In this document: positions 18,790-28,252 of the stretch, piece by piece
Numbering within the stretch: position 1 is the stretch's first letter
Layout: each line of letters begins with the position of its first letter
Source of the DNA: a virus
DNA length: 64,000 nt
Reading direction: 5' to 3' (one strand)
IMG/VR virus record: IMGVR_UViG_3300013099_000018
Location: 40,261 to 104,260 of that record
Made by a program: the position numbers and the translations under genes
Notes under the pieces: generated by a model
Database searches by the model: none
What the model saw: the letters and a program-made list of their open reading frames with translations, nothing else
What the model was told of the DNA's origin: nothing

Positions 18790-19019
18790 TCTCCATCTTC
18801 CTTCTTAATTCTTATGACAATGCAATCCTTGAGCAATTCGTATAGTTCTTTAGAGTCTCTTTCAAGTGCTTCTGGTAATACTCTGTAGAACTCCAAGGTA
18901 TCCCCAAGCTCTATCTTGAAATTGTCAAGTACATTCTTAGGTATTGTTACAGATAAAGAATACTGTCCCTTTTTGTTCACCTTGCTTTTACCCAACTTAA
19001 TACCTAAATCCTCTTTCAT
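18786..19019 (-). CDS. AbrB/SpoVT-family DNA-binding protein
   Basis: GQYSLSVTIPK...IELGDTLEF. Confidence 0.8.
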   Translation of the reverse strand: MKEDLGIKLGKSKVNKKGQYSLSVTIPKNVLDNFKIELGDTLEFYRVLPEALERDSKELYELLKDCIVIRIKKEDGE

Positions 19020-19079
19020 GCTATCACCACTATCTTATTAAAAATAGAAGGAATATATAACTTTCGTGCTTAGTGCAAA

Positions 19080-19325
19080 TTAAAGAGTTAGGATTTCTAT
19101 GAATTCCTCTTTAACAACTATAACATTTTTACCTCTGCAATTGTTATACACTCTTCTTACGAGGTTTAGAGCTTGCATTATGTTATCTGCTCTAACCCTT
19201 GTAACCTTTGAAGTGTCGTCTACAATTATACAGACGTAAACATTCTCTTTAGAGGTCATCATATCCATAAAAAATTTATAAGAAATGTTAAAAAATTTAA
19301 TCATTTTCTGATATGAGCTTTGCAA
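19080..19325 (-). CDS. hypothetical protein
   Basis: ORF; start uncertain. Confidence 0.5.
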   Translation of the reverse strand: MQSSYQKMIKFFNISYKFFMDMMTSKENVYVCIIVDDTSKVTRVRADNIMQALNLVRRVYNNCRGKNVIVVKEEFIEILTL

Positions 19326-20145
19326 GGGTATTACTGTTTGACTTAAACTTAGCTTTGTTTTTATGTCTCTTAGATTTTCTTGATTTATATTCTTCCTCTG
19401 CCTTTGCTACCATTTCATCGTAGTTGTCTGGAACTACTATTACCTTGATACCTCTTTCTTCAAGCTTATCGTATTCTTCCTTTTTAGCTTTGTAATCACT
19501 CTCTTTGATTAGTATTTCGAAATGAGTTGGTCTAAATGCCATAAAGATTCCTGAATGCTTTTTCATTTCATAACCTACCAAGGTGTTTTTGTTTTCAATG
19601 TATAGGTCTACTGCTTTCCTGTGAGCAAGATAGACTAATGTTTTACCTAACTCAAAATCTCTTGGTATTGATGGTACTGCTTTACTCACTCCAAGTTTTT
19701 CTGCCTCTATGGCAAAATCATGCGGTGTTGGATAGAATTTCTCTCCAACCCATAGCATAAATGCCTTCTCTGGTGGATGGCATACTGGACAATGAATATC
19801 ACATGAACATGGCTCTGGGTGTCTTTTTATAGCAATTCTGCAATCTTTACACAACCATATATTTACGAATTTTCTTTCTGCAAATTCATTTGCTTTCTCC
19901 ATCTGTTCTCCACATTGTGGACATGCTATGACCTCATCTCCACACTCTCTCAATAGTCTTCTTGGGTTTAGTCTGACCCACCCTCTTGTAAACTTGATTC
20001 CTTCACCGCATACTGGACATGCTGTCAGTGGAAATGGTAATCTGTGGCATGGTACTGGTATCCCTTCTCCTCTAATGTATAGTTTCCCTACATGTCTATA
20101 TCCACAACCTCTTCTTGGCTCTAACCCCCTCAAATACTCAACCAT
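19297..20145 (-). CDS. Cys-rich multi-Zn-finger hypothetical protein
   Basis: 282 aa, CPVC/CPQC/CKDC/CPVC, basic C-terminal tail. Confidence 0.8.
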   Translation of the reverse strand: MVEYLRGLEPRRGCGYRHVGKLYIRGEGIPVPCHRLPFPLTACPVCGEGIKFTRGWVRLNPRRLLRECGDEVIACPQCGEQMEKANEFAERKFVNIWLCKDCRIAIKRHPEPCSCDIHCPVCHPPEKAFMLWVGEKFYPTPHDFAIEAEKLGVSKAVPSIPRDFELGKTLVYLAHRKAVDLYIENKNTLVGYEMKKHSGIFMAFRPTHFEILIKESDYKAKKEEYDKLEERGIKVIVVPDNYDEMVAKAEEEYKSRKSKRHKNKAKFKSNSNTLAKLISEND

Positions 20146-20270
20146 ATGTAATGTTATGTGTTTTATCTATATAAGACTTATGGTTATATTATAGTAAGTA
20201 GATAAGTTGTATATTTATAACCTCTTAGATTTAGTTAAGTTTATATAACAGTTCTTACAGAAATAAGAAC

Positions 20271-20612
20271 ATGTGGAAGGTGGAAAATGCAAAAAAGGCT
20301 TTTTTAGGAGAGTTCGAAAAGCCTTTCGTGTTAAAGATGAGAAACTACGAAGCTACAATAGACTTAGCAAGCGTTAAAGTTGCAGAAGAATACATAGATT
20401 CAAGAAAGGCAAGCGAATTAGCTGAAAGGTTTGGATTAAGCCTTGTAATGCTTAAGAACGGTGATAAGACTTGGTTCATATTTTCTCCAAAAGACATTAA
20501 AAGCTTGGGTGAAATTTCAACAAAATGCGATATATCTCTGAAACAATGGATTCGTAAGAACTTTGTTAAGTTTTTGATAATGCTAAACTACGTTTGTAAT
20601 TCTTATAGATAA
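20271..20612 (+). CDS. hypothetical protein
   Basis: leaderless TATA promoter, divergent from 20145. Confidence 0.7.
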   Translation: MWKVENAKKAFLGEFEKPFVLKMRNYEATIDLASVKVAEEYIDSRKASELAERFGLSLVMLKNGDKTWFIFSPKDIKSLGEISTKCDISLKQWIRKNFVKFLIMLNYVCNSYR

Positions 20613-20624
20613 AGAGGTGATTGT

Positions 20625-20843
20625 ATGAAAGGATTTAGGCAAATTGTAAAAAGGGAAAAAGGTAAAGTTGAAAGAGTATTTATACATGAAGGTTGCGGTG
20701 GGAGGCTAATTTTAAGTGATGTCAACTATGACATAGCTTTTGGGGCATTAGGTGCAAGAAAACTAGTATTTACTGGTATAACATGTAAGTGTGAAAAATG
20801 CGGTATGGAAATCTACATATCAGCATATGATTTTGAAAGATAA
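20625..20843 (+). CDS. small Zn-ribbon protein
   Basis: HEGCGG...CEKCG, RBS. Confidence 0.65.
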   Translation: MKGFRQIVKREKGKVERVFIHEGCGGRLILSDVNYDIAFGALGARKLVFTGITCKCEKCGMEIYISAYDFER

Positions 20844-20850
20844 ACAATAG

Positions 20851-21243
20851 ATGTACAAAGGTGATATCATGGTTCTGGTTTATCCTTTTTTGAGGATTAC
20901 GTTTAAACTCAAAGAACCGTTGGATTGCTTACTCAACAAAGGCAGAGTTTATACAATAAGACCATTTGCAGTAAGAGAAGGGATAAAAAGAGTAATTGAT
21001 GGAAGAACTAACAAGGTTGTAGCGATAGCAAGCGTAACAAAAGTTGGTAGAGTTTATTTGAGCAGAATGGCAGTAAAAGTTCAAGACAAGTACATCTCAC
21101 TGAGCAACTTTGTAGAGTTTAGCGGTTTCAACAGCTTGGAAGAATGGATTGTAGCGTTATACAAAGTAACTAATAATACGAAAGATGCTAAACTATACTT
21201 GTATGAGGTTGAGCTTTTGAAAAAAATAAAGAATAGAGAGTAG
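20851..21243 (+). CDS. ASCH/PUA-like domain protein
   Basis: GRVYTIR, GFNSLEEW. Confidence 0.55.
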   Translation: MYKGDIMVLVYPFLRITFKLKEPLDCLLNKGRVYTIRPFAVREGIKRVIDGRTNKVVAIASVTKVGRVYLSRMAVKVQDKYISLSNFVEFSGFNSLEEWIVALYKVTNNTKDAKLYLYEVELLKKIKNRE

Positions 21244-21245
21244 GT

Positions 21246-21626
21246 ATGGTAGATTTCATACACAAGTTGGCAGAGATTCATGGGATTAACCATATAGATT
21301 TCAAAGAAAAGAAAGATAAGTTTATACAAACACACATTACTGATTTTATTTTAATTTCAAAAGAGAGGGAAGACTGGAAAAGATATTACGAGTCTAAGTC
21401 TAAATTAGCTAAACCACGTAAAATAAAGGTCAAGCGTAGAAGGTTTAAAATGCCAATTACGCATGGGTTCATTAGGTTGCATTTTGCTGTGCAAGACTAC
21501 ATAACTTCAAAAGCTTACAATGTCAATGTCGGTCTAAAAGAAATTGCAAATAAAAACAGAGTGAAAGTTATAACTTTAGTAAGTGCTATAAACGTGATTA
21601 AAAAAGTGGAAAATACTATAGTTTAA
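21246..21626 (+). CDS. basic hypothetical protein
   Basis: 126 aa in operon. Confidence 0.65.
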   Translation: MVDFIHKLAEIHGINHIDFKEKKDKFIQTHITDFILISKEREDWKRYYESKSKLAKPRKIKVKRRRFKMPITHGFIRLHFAVQDYITSKAYNVNVGLKEIANKNRVKVITLVSAINVIKKVENTIV

Positions 21627-21951
21627 ATTTATCAAAAATCGTTTTAATCCCTCTAGCTCTTGCAATACGCTTAATGTGTCTGTATTCTATTTTACATTCT
21701 TTTTTCCACCGCTCTAAATGTTCTTTTAGCAAATCAGGTAACGGTTTTTCAGGAACTATTAATTTATCATGTTCTTCGAAACCTCTTTTATAGTTGTGGC
21801 AATGAATCCACCCGCAATCACCGTCCCAGCAAGGGTCTTCTGGAATAGGATATAACCATTGCCCCCATTGTCCCTTCAGTTTAGGACATAAGAGTATTGA
21901 TGATGTGCTATTCCACATTTCTAAAAATTCTTCAACGCTAACAACCTTCAT
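21616..21951 (-). CDS. hypothetical protein
   Basis: 111 aa with RBS. Confidence 0.7.
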   Translation of the reverse strand: MKVVSVEEFLEMWNSTSSILLCPKLKGQWGQWLYPIPEDPCWDGDCGWIHCHNYKRGFEEHDKLIVPEKPLPDLLKEHLERWKKECKIEYRHIKRIARARGIKTIFDKFKL

Positions 21952-22025
21952 TTGGTCTCACCTACACATTTAACAGAGTATTTATTATCTCGAACTCGCA
22001 ACCGCATAAACATATAAATGTTCGA

Positions 22026-22235
22026 TTAGTCATCAGAATCAACCTTCTCAAGCTCTAGTACAAAAAACCTTCTACGCTCAAGTGGAGGTTTCTTCTGCTC
22101 CTCTTTTAAGTATTGTTTACAACGTTTTATTGCTTCATCTTTACTTAGAGTAGTATAATGAATTTTCATGAGTCCGAACAAATCCTCCATGATTACTGCA
22201 TATAGTTTAACCATCAGAATCACCCTCTTCAACAA
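22026..22235 (-). CDS. hypothetical protein
   Basis: ORF in minus-strand operon. Confidence 0.6.
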   Translation of the reverse strand: MLKRVILMVKLYAVIMEDLFGLMKIHYTTLSKDEAIKRCKQYLKEEQKKPPLERRRFFVLELEKVDSDD

Positions 22236-22238
22236 TAA

Positions 22239-22538
22239 TTATCCAAACTTTTTTAACAAGTATTCACAAAGTTTATTGCATTCAGTGAATGCTTCCTCTC
22301 TAAGAACTATCAAAGTGTGTCCTTTATGCTTAGCTATATCTTTTTCTACTTTGCTCTTTATTTTTTCCATTAACCTATCGTCATGCTCTGGTGCATTGAA
22401 TCCAACAGCATATTTGACCAATTTCATGCAATCTAAACAAATTGAGTATTCGTACCATCCACCTTCTTCAATCTCTTTATCAACAGCTATGCTAATCAAC
22501 TCCTTTAACTTTGTTAGAAACTCAAACAGTTCTTTCAT
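22239..22538 (-). CDS. hypothetical protein, CxxC
   Basis: ORF in operon. Confidence 0.7.
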   Translation of the reverse strand: MKELFEFLTKLKELISIAVDKEIEEGGWYEYSICLDCMKLVKYAVGFNAPEHDDRLMEKIKSKVEKDIAKHKGHTLIVLREEAFTECNKLCEYLLKKFG

Positions 22539-22744
22539 TTTCCACCCCCTAATAATTTAATTTTAGGCTCAAAATGAACACAGTATGGTTTTAACAAGCA
22601 CCAGAACTGTTCAAGACAATCTTGACAATCTATAACACTATCACATGCTGTTTTAAGTCCTTTCAAGCAACTAAATTTATAGAAATGCTTGCAATTACAG
22701 CAAATCTTACGTTCTTCATCTAATTTGGTATAGTCAACCATCAT
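22535..22744 (-). CDS. small Cys-rich protein
   Basis: 9 Cys in 69 aa. Confidence 0.65.
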   Translation of the reverse strand: MMVDYTKLDEERKICCNCKHFYKFSCLKGLKTACDSVIDCQDCLEQFWCLLKPYCVHFEPKIKLLGGGK

Positions 22745-22757
22745 CAGAGAACCACCC

Positions 22758-22982
22758 TTAATTCGTTTCTATCTTTGTAATTTTAACCTCAAACATACTA
22801 CATATTTTTTTAGATACATCGACCATGCTTTTTTTTATGCATGCTTCACTACAATAAACAAAGAATGGTCTCAACTTTTCGCAATTAGTACATCTGTGGT
22901 TAATGCCAAATATTTGACATAAATAAAGTAATATTGTATTTATTTTAATTAACTCTCTTCTTTCGAACATTGCTAATCCCAT
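22758..22982 (-). CDS. small Cys-rich protein
   Basis: CxxC, CxxxC. Confidence 0.5.
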   Translation of the reverse strand: MGLAMFERRELIKINTILLYLCQIFGINHRCTNCEKLRPFFVYCSEACIKKSMVDVSKKICSMFEVKITKIETN

Positions 22983-23392
22983 CCTAATTGCTCTGCAATT
23001 TCTTTTGGAATATGTGTTAACTTAACAGCTTCGGATACCCATAGCAACAACTTTTCAGTAGTGCTTTTATCGAACCCTCTTTCCCATGTACTATCTAAAA
23101 TCGTGTAACCATCTATGCCAATGCCAGAAGTAACACCAAGTTGGTTTACAATACAAAGTGTCCACATTGCAAATCCCGCCACAACAGGGATTGTCGCTCT
23201 CATTTTTCTAAATTTGCGAATTTCCTTTAAGATGCGTTTCTTCCATCTGTCATCAATTAAATTAGAGTTTTTGTTAAGCCACTCTGTAAGTGATGCAATT
23301 AGTCTATCTTTTATCTCTGCTGGAAGATTCGGTATACTTGCTTTGTACATTGCTATATCTGTGTTGAAATCGACCAGACGTGCTTGTTTCAT
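22973..23392 (-). CDS. hypothetical protein
   Basis: 139 aa, RBS. Confidence 0.75.
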   Translation of the reverse strand: MKQARLVDFNTDIAMYKASIPNLPAEIKDRLIASLTEWLNKNSNLIDDRWKKRILKEIRKFRKMRATIPVVAGFAMWTLCIVNQLGVTSGIGIDGYTILDSTWERGFDKSTTEKLLLWVSEAVKLTHIPKEIAEQLGWD

Positions 23393-23423
23393 CGTATCAC
23401 CACTCCAATGATTTCATCTAAAA

Positions 23424-23636
23424 TTACTTTAGTTCTTTTTCCATTTCTTTTCTGAATTGTGCGATTGCATCCAATACTGCTTCTATCTTCTGCTTTCCCA
23501 GTTTGGTTTTTTCTTGGATATACAGAATAAGCATTTGTCTAATGAAACCTTGTGTTGGTATCCCTTCTAAAGCCCTAGAAATTCTCTCCATTTCCTCAAT
23601 CAATTTCTCCCCAACTGTCTTACTTTCACCACCCAT
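23424..23636 (-). CDS. hypothetical protein
   Basis: K/E-rich 70-aa ORF; the longer start at 23753 adds an atypical N-terminus. Confidence 0.65.
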   Translation of the reverse strand: MGGESKTVGEKLIEEMERISRALEGIPTQGFIRQMLILYIQEKTKLGKQKIEAVLDAIAQFRKEMEKELK

Positions 23637-23804
23637 ATATAAAACTCTGAGAATTGCATATATAAGACTTGCGATACTACTTAAAAGGTAATTAAACCTA
23701 ATCTCTATACAAAATTTACTATAAATAATGTTGAATTCAAAAGCATCGAACATAGTATCCTCTAACCAGAATTGCTTTTTGTTATTATTTGGCTAATTTT
23801 ATAA

Positions 23805-24650
23805 CTATATCACTATCCGTTTAGGTCGTTGCGGTAACACTGGAGTTGCATTCAGTAACACTAATTCTTTATAAGTAAGAACTTTGCTATTATTGTTGTT
23901 GTTACTATAGTTGTTGTTACTATAGTTGTTGCTATTAGATGTATTATATATACTATAATTGCATTTATTATTAGCACATTCTTTAGAGTTCTTATTATAG
24001 TTAATTTTAGCAAAGAGTTTCTTAAAGCCTTTATATAATTTATCGCCTATGTTTTTGAAGAACTCTACCAATTCTGCTAAGTAACCCCATGGTTCTTTAC
24101 CTGTCTTTTCTATTGTAGCTTCTTCGATTCTTTTGCCTCTTTTGGTGTACCACCTTCCTAGTATTTTGAATATGTAAGATGTTATTAACTTTAGAGATAG
24201 CTTTCCAGCATGGAATATTAGGAACAATATATCACCAAGCCTCTTTGACTTTGCAATGCCCTTTATCTTATCTGCTAATGTGATTATTACACGTTTGGCT
24301 ATGTTGTATCCTCTATAGGCTTTAGGTTTTGGTATCTCATTGTCTATAATCCTTTTAATAGTTTTCATATCCCAATTGGCGTAGAATTCTGCGAGGTGTA
24401 TGCAAGCAATTTCTGTAAAGTTGAGTCTACCACCATCAAAGCCATCTGGTATGAGTATTCTGAATCCGATATCATTAGCAATATAGAATTCTGATATATC
24501 GACATTGTAACCTAATTGTCTATCGGCGAAATCTTTAATATCCTTGAGTAAGTACCCTATTAGGGAGTCGGGGGTCATGGTGTTAAGGTCTTTGTGGTTT
24601 GGTTTGTTTTCTTGTTCCTTCTCTTGTTCCTTATTCATAAACTTATTCAT
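23805..24650 (-). CDS. hypothetical protein with Asn-rich low-complexity C-terminus
   Basis: 281 aa; (SNNNY)n microrepeat. Confidence 0.75.
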   Translation of the reverse strand: MNKFMNKEQEKEQENKPNHKDLNTMTPDSLIGYLLKDIKDFADRQLGYNVDISEFYIANDIGFRILIPDGFDGGRLNFTEIACIHLAEFYANWDMKTIKRIIDNEIPKPKAYRGYNIAKRVIITLADKIKGIAKSKRLGDILFLIFHAGKLSLKLITSYIFKILGRWYTKRGKRIEEATIEKTGKEPWGYLAELVEFFKNIGDKLYKGFKKLFAKINYNKNSKECANNKCNYSIYNTSNSNNYSNNNYSNNNNNSKVLTYKELVLLNATPVLPQRPKRIVI

Positions 24651-24708
24651 AAAACCACAATAACCTCTCTTAATAAATTATTTATGCTACAATTTATGTA
24701 TTTTTATC

Positions 24709-24984
24709 ATGGTTTTCAAATGCTTCATATGTGAAAAAAATGGTATCGACAGAGTTTTCAAGGATTTTGGTGCTTTGAAGTATCATTTCACTCATGTACA
24801 TTGTAAAAATGGTGTTTGTCCAATCTGTGGTGCTAAAGTAAAGAGAATTGGTACTCACTTATACCTTATGGCTAAAAAAGACTTCGAACATGCTATGGCT
24901 TATGGTTTGTATAAAAAAGTGAATAAAAGCAAATTAAAAGATAGGTGTATTGAGTTAGCGTATATATTTTCTGAGGTGCTTTAA
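24709..24984 (+). CDS. C2H2 zinc-finger protein
   Basis: CFIC...HFTHVH, CPIC...H; similar to 30475. Confidence 0.8.
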   Translation: MVFKCFICEKNGIDRVFKDFGALKYHFTHVHCKNGVCPICGAKVKRIGTHLYLMAKKDFEHAMAYGLYKKVNKSKLKDRCIELAYIFSEVL

Positions 24985-25110
24985 ACTCGAAAAGAACCAG
25001 TAGAAGTATGCAATACTCGTAAGACATAGCAATAGCATGCTGAAAATCAATATCGCATAGAGTTCATACGTTACTTCTCGAATCCAAAGCATAAATTCAG
25101 TCTGATTCAT
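24955..25110 (-). CDS. small membrane protein (51 aa, not in ORF track)
   Basis: MNQTEFMLW...hydrophobic stretch...KYIR; GAGGTTGG RBS. Confidence 0.5.
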   Translation of the reverse strand: MNQTEFMLWIREVTYELYAILIFSMLLLCLTSIAYFYWFFSSLKHLRKYIR

Positions 25111-25453
25111 CCAAACCAACCTCTTCTTCTATCTTTTTCAACTCTTCGTAAGTCTCTGTCAAATCCTTCAAGAATTCCTGAGGATTAAGTACAGCATCTA
25201 TGAAATCATATAATGCATTTAACGTAGTTTTAAAACCGTATTTTTTAACCATCTCTTTTGTTAGCATTAGGTAATATGTTGAAAGTAGTGCTTCAATGAT
25301 ATAGTCTTTGTTGGGTATCCCTTTTTCAACTAAAATTTTCTTAATCTCTGTTGCAAAATCTAATACCTCTTTGAATTTCTCCGAAGCTTTGTTTTAGTAT
25401 TTTTCAATGTCTTCTTTACAATAAACTAACCCTTCTAATACAAATCTTAGCAT
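25097..25453 (-). pseudogene. 118-codon ORF interrupted by one in-frame TAA (25394-25396)
   Basis: MLRFVLEG...EKY*NKASEKFKEV...GLDESD reads in one frame. Confidence 0.6.
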
Positions 25454-25543
25454 AACTTAAAATCTGAGTTACTTAATAAAAACCTTTCGCTTACATAAGT
25501 AAGATAGAAAGGTTTATAAATGTAAGTAGATATAGTATCTACC

Positions 25544-25966
25544 ATGAGCAAGGATAAAGTTTTCGTTAAATTCGATGACTGGAACGCTTTAGACAAAAGA
25601 GATTTGGTAAAAATAATATCTTTGAACTTTCTCGGAGAAATAGGACAAAAGCTATTAGTCATAGCAAACATAAACGACAGACTTCTTGAAGAACTGGACA
25701 GACTTTCCAAAAACGTAAACCTAAAATTCCACAAAAACGTGTTTGAAAAAGCCTCTTTGATATATTGTATTTTAAAGCAATTCATAGGATTCGAAAAGAC
25801 AGAACCAACATCAACCGACAGATATGCTGTAATCATTGCTTTGATAAAATTACTCATAGAGTATGCAAGAGACTATGGTAACTTTATAATTGAATTCTCT
25901 GTTGAAGAGATGCAGAAATTAGGAGGAATAGCTAAAAGAGAAGGTGAGAAAAACAATGACTCTTGA
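25544..25966 (+). CDS. hypothetical protein
   Basis: BRE/TATA upstream, leaderless. Confidence 0.8.
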   Translation: MSKDKVFVKFDDWNALDKRDLVKIISLNFLGEIGQKLLVIANINDRLLEELDRLSKNVNLKFHKNVFEKASLIYCILKQFIGFEKTEPTSTDRYAVIIALIKLLIEYARDYGNFIIEFSVEEMQKLGGIAKREGEKNNDS

Positions 25967-26279
25967 AGACATAGTTCAAGCCTTTACTGGTAACAAACTA
26001 CCAGAACCATTTAAAGTTAAATTAAAACTCAAGGACAAACACTACTACGCTTATGTCTCTCTTGGAGAGATAAGAATATACAAACCAGTAAATAACGTAA
26101 ACGTAAAAGAGCTTGAAGAGAAATACAAAGCAAGCATAACTTTAGGTTCTGGAATTGTAATCATACAACCTAAGTTGGATTTACCTTATCTGTGCAACAT
26201 TGACGAAGAATGTGTCAACAAGCTTAAGGAATGGCTTAAGGATTATGGATTACCTTTAATTAAGGAACTTCTTAAATAA
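25944..26279 (+). CDS. hypothetical protein
   Basis: AGGTGA RBS, operon. Confidence 0.75.
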   Translation: MRKTMTLEDIVQAFTGNKLPEPFKVKLKLKDKHYYAYVSLGEIRIYKPVNNVNVKELEEKYKASITLGSGIVIIQPKLDLPYLCNIDEECVNKLKEWLKDYGLPLIKELLK

Positions 26280-26280
26280 G

Positions 26281-26922
26281 GTGATAAGTATGTTAATTAA
26301 AAACGATGCACCTAATTTTATTTTTAAGAACAAGTTAGGAGAAGACTACTATGAAGTTCTATGGTATATTTTAGAAAACGGCGAAATATATGTTAGTGAA
26401 AGAGAGCAACCTTATTTGGAAGCAGAGCCAATAACGATTACAGTCATAGAGCCAGTCATGGACAAGCCTTCAAAAGTTCTTCCTCAATACATAGTTCAAC
26501 GATGGGGTGAACAATTTATCTTTGATTACGCTACAAGAGTGGCTTGGTGTATAAAAGAGCCTGGTATGTGGTCTTACTCATACGGAGAACGTTTAGCATA
26601 TAAAAACCAAATTGAAAACATAATCAAGAAACTCAAAAACAATCCCGACACAAGACAAGCTACAGCAGTTCTATACAGACCAGAAGATACATCTAATCCA
26701 GAACCACCATGTTGGTGTATCATAGATTTCAAAATACGAAATGGAAAACTAAGAACGTTTGCATGGCTTAGAAGCAACGACATGGAAAATGGATATCCAC
26801 CAGACTACTTTGCTATTCTAATGTTGAGCTACAGAGTTTCAGAAGAATTAGGAGTTGAAATAGGTAGAATTACTACACGTTCCGAGTCAGCACATATCTA
26901 TATTCGTAACTTAAAGAATTGA
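26281..26922 (+). CDS. thyA: thymidylate synthase (ThyA)-family protein, possibly dCMP (hydroxy)methylase
   Basis: YSYGERL, TRQA, PPC (catalytic Cys144), RSND, SAHIY; Asp175 at the pyrimidine-specificity position. Confidence 0.85.
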   Translation: MISMLIKNDAPNFIFKNKLGEDYYEVLWYILENGEIYVSEREQPYLEAEPITITVIEPVMDKPSKVLPQYIVQRWGEQFIFDYATRVAWCIKEPGMWSYSYGERLAYKNQIENIIKKLKNNPDTRQATAVLYRPEDTSNPEPPCWCIIDFKIRNGKLRTFAWLRSNDMENGYPPDYFAILMLSYRVSEELGVEIGRITTRSESAHIYIRNLKN

Positions 26923-26955
26923 TTTCTGTTTAACTCTAACCAACTTTTTTAATTA

Positions 26956-27854
26956 TTGCAAAAGTAAAACCTAAAAGCTTATATAGGTAAGGAGTTATAA
27001 TATACTATAGAGGTGATGCTATGATAAGGGGTTTAGGTGGAAAGGCTATAAAGAGGTTGTTTAAGCAATTATTCAACAAGAAGGAGATTTATAGAGTTTG
27101 CAGAGAACAAGACCTATGGCTATGGGAAAAGTTCAAAGGGTATAAAGTTAGTGAAAGTGTCTGGAAGAGAGTACCACTATGTATAGCTCCTACATACATC
27201 TACACAGACCCCTATTTCCACGACAAATCACTAAAGTCATTACCATCACTCAACATAACTAATTTCTTCGTTGTAGAGTTAGATGTTGATGAACTAATAT
27301 CATCTGACGGTCATCTATACCCATGCTACTATTATGCCTTTGATGTCAATGAGCTTAGAAATGTCGTTGTTCGAAAATATGTCCACATTGAACATATAGT
27401 TCTAATGCATGAGTTTGAGGTTTTCACTCTACAAGACTTGAACATCGAAAACATAAAAACGGTATACACAAGCAATATCTTTGTAAAAGAGTTCTTCGAA
27501 AAGCATGGTATTAAAGTAAAGGATTGTGATAAAATCGACAAAGAGCTTTTCAGAGAAGCTTTTAAGACTACAATATTGCTTAGGAAGGTTTACACTAATG
27601 TCGTTGAGGGTAAAATGCCTAATGATTATCGCAAGGTCTTAGTTAGAACTTGCAATATATATAACAACTTACTTAATGATTTGCTTGATAAGTTAGATGT
27701 CTCAAGAGTTCAATTAGAAGAAGCTATACACATACCAAGTATGTGGAATGTTGTAGAAATCTTAGACAAAAGAGCCGTGTTGTATTGTTAACATCTTTTT
27801 TAGCTTTTTTATTTTCGTCTTGCAAAAGTAAAACCTAAAAGCTTATATAGGTAA
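26956..27854 (+). promoter_or_regulatory. Exact 35-bp direct repeat containing a TATA box (26956-26990 and 27820-27854)
   Basis: TTGCAAAAGTAAAACCTAAAAGCTTATATAGGTAA upstream of two consecutive genes. Confidence 0.85.
27021..27791 (+). CDS. hypothetical protein
   Basis: 256 aa, promoter and GAGGTGAT RBS. Confidence 0.8.
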   Translation: MIRGLGGKAIKRLFKQLFNKKEIYRVCREQDLWLWEKFKGYKVSESVWKRVPLCIAPTYIYTDPYFHDKSLKSLPSLNITNFFVVELDVDELISSDGHLYPCYYYAFDVNELRNVVVRKYVHIEHIVLMHEFEVFTLQDLNIENIKTVYTSNIFVKEFFEKHGIKVKDCDKIDKELFREAFKTTILLRKVYTNVVEGKMPNDYRKVLVRTCNIYNNLLNDLLDKLDVSRVQLEEAIHIPSMWNVVEILDKRAVLYC

Positions 27855-27880
27855 TACCTCAAATATTATATGGTGATAGT

Positions 27881-28246
27881 ATGAAGGTTAAGGGGTTTAT
27901 AAAGTATGTATTGTTTGCTCCTATAGTAGGTATAGACGTTCCAGAACGCCTCAAAACAACTGCAATGTTCTACAGAATTGCAGAAGTTGAGGAATGCTTC
28001 AAAAACAGAATGGCTACAGAGTTTGAAGCATTGATAGCCATATTTTCAGCATCTAAATTAGCACCATTAGACGAAACATGGTTTAGAATATACGTTTACC
28101 TCTTTAGAAAATTCTTTCCAGCACATGCTGAAAAACTCAAGTTACCAAAGATAACTTTAAATGAATATGAACTCCACAAGCTTAAAGAGCTTAGAAAAGA
28201 TATATTCAAAAAACAGATTGAAGCTTTAAGGAACAATGGAAGGTGA
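27881..28246 (+). CDS. hypothetical protein
   Basis: 121 aa, promoter and RBS. Confidence 0.8.
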   Translation: MKVKGFIKYVLFAPIVGIDVPERLKTTAMFYRIAEVEECFKNRMATEFEALIAIFSASKLAPLDETWFRIYVYLFRKFFPAHAEKLKLPKITLNEYELHKLKELRKDIFKKQIEALRNNGR

Positions 28247-28252
28247 TATTCT

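Larger units (their letters stand above)
1..23740. repeat. Giant perfect inverted repeat (arms 1-11870 and 11871-23740), likely hairpin telomere read-through or head-to-head replicative junction
   Basis: ORFs in 1-11870 have identical mirror ORFs with paired coordinates summing to 23741; centre ...ATTATTACAC|GTGTAATAAT... has no spacer; left arm runs to the window start. Confidence 0.97.
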
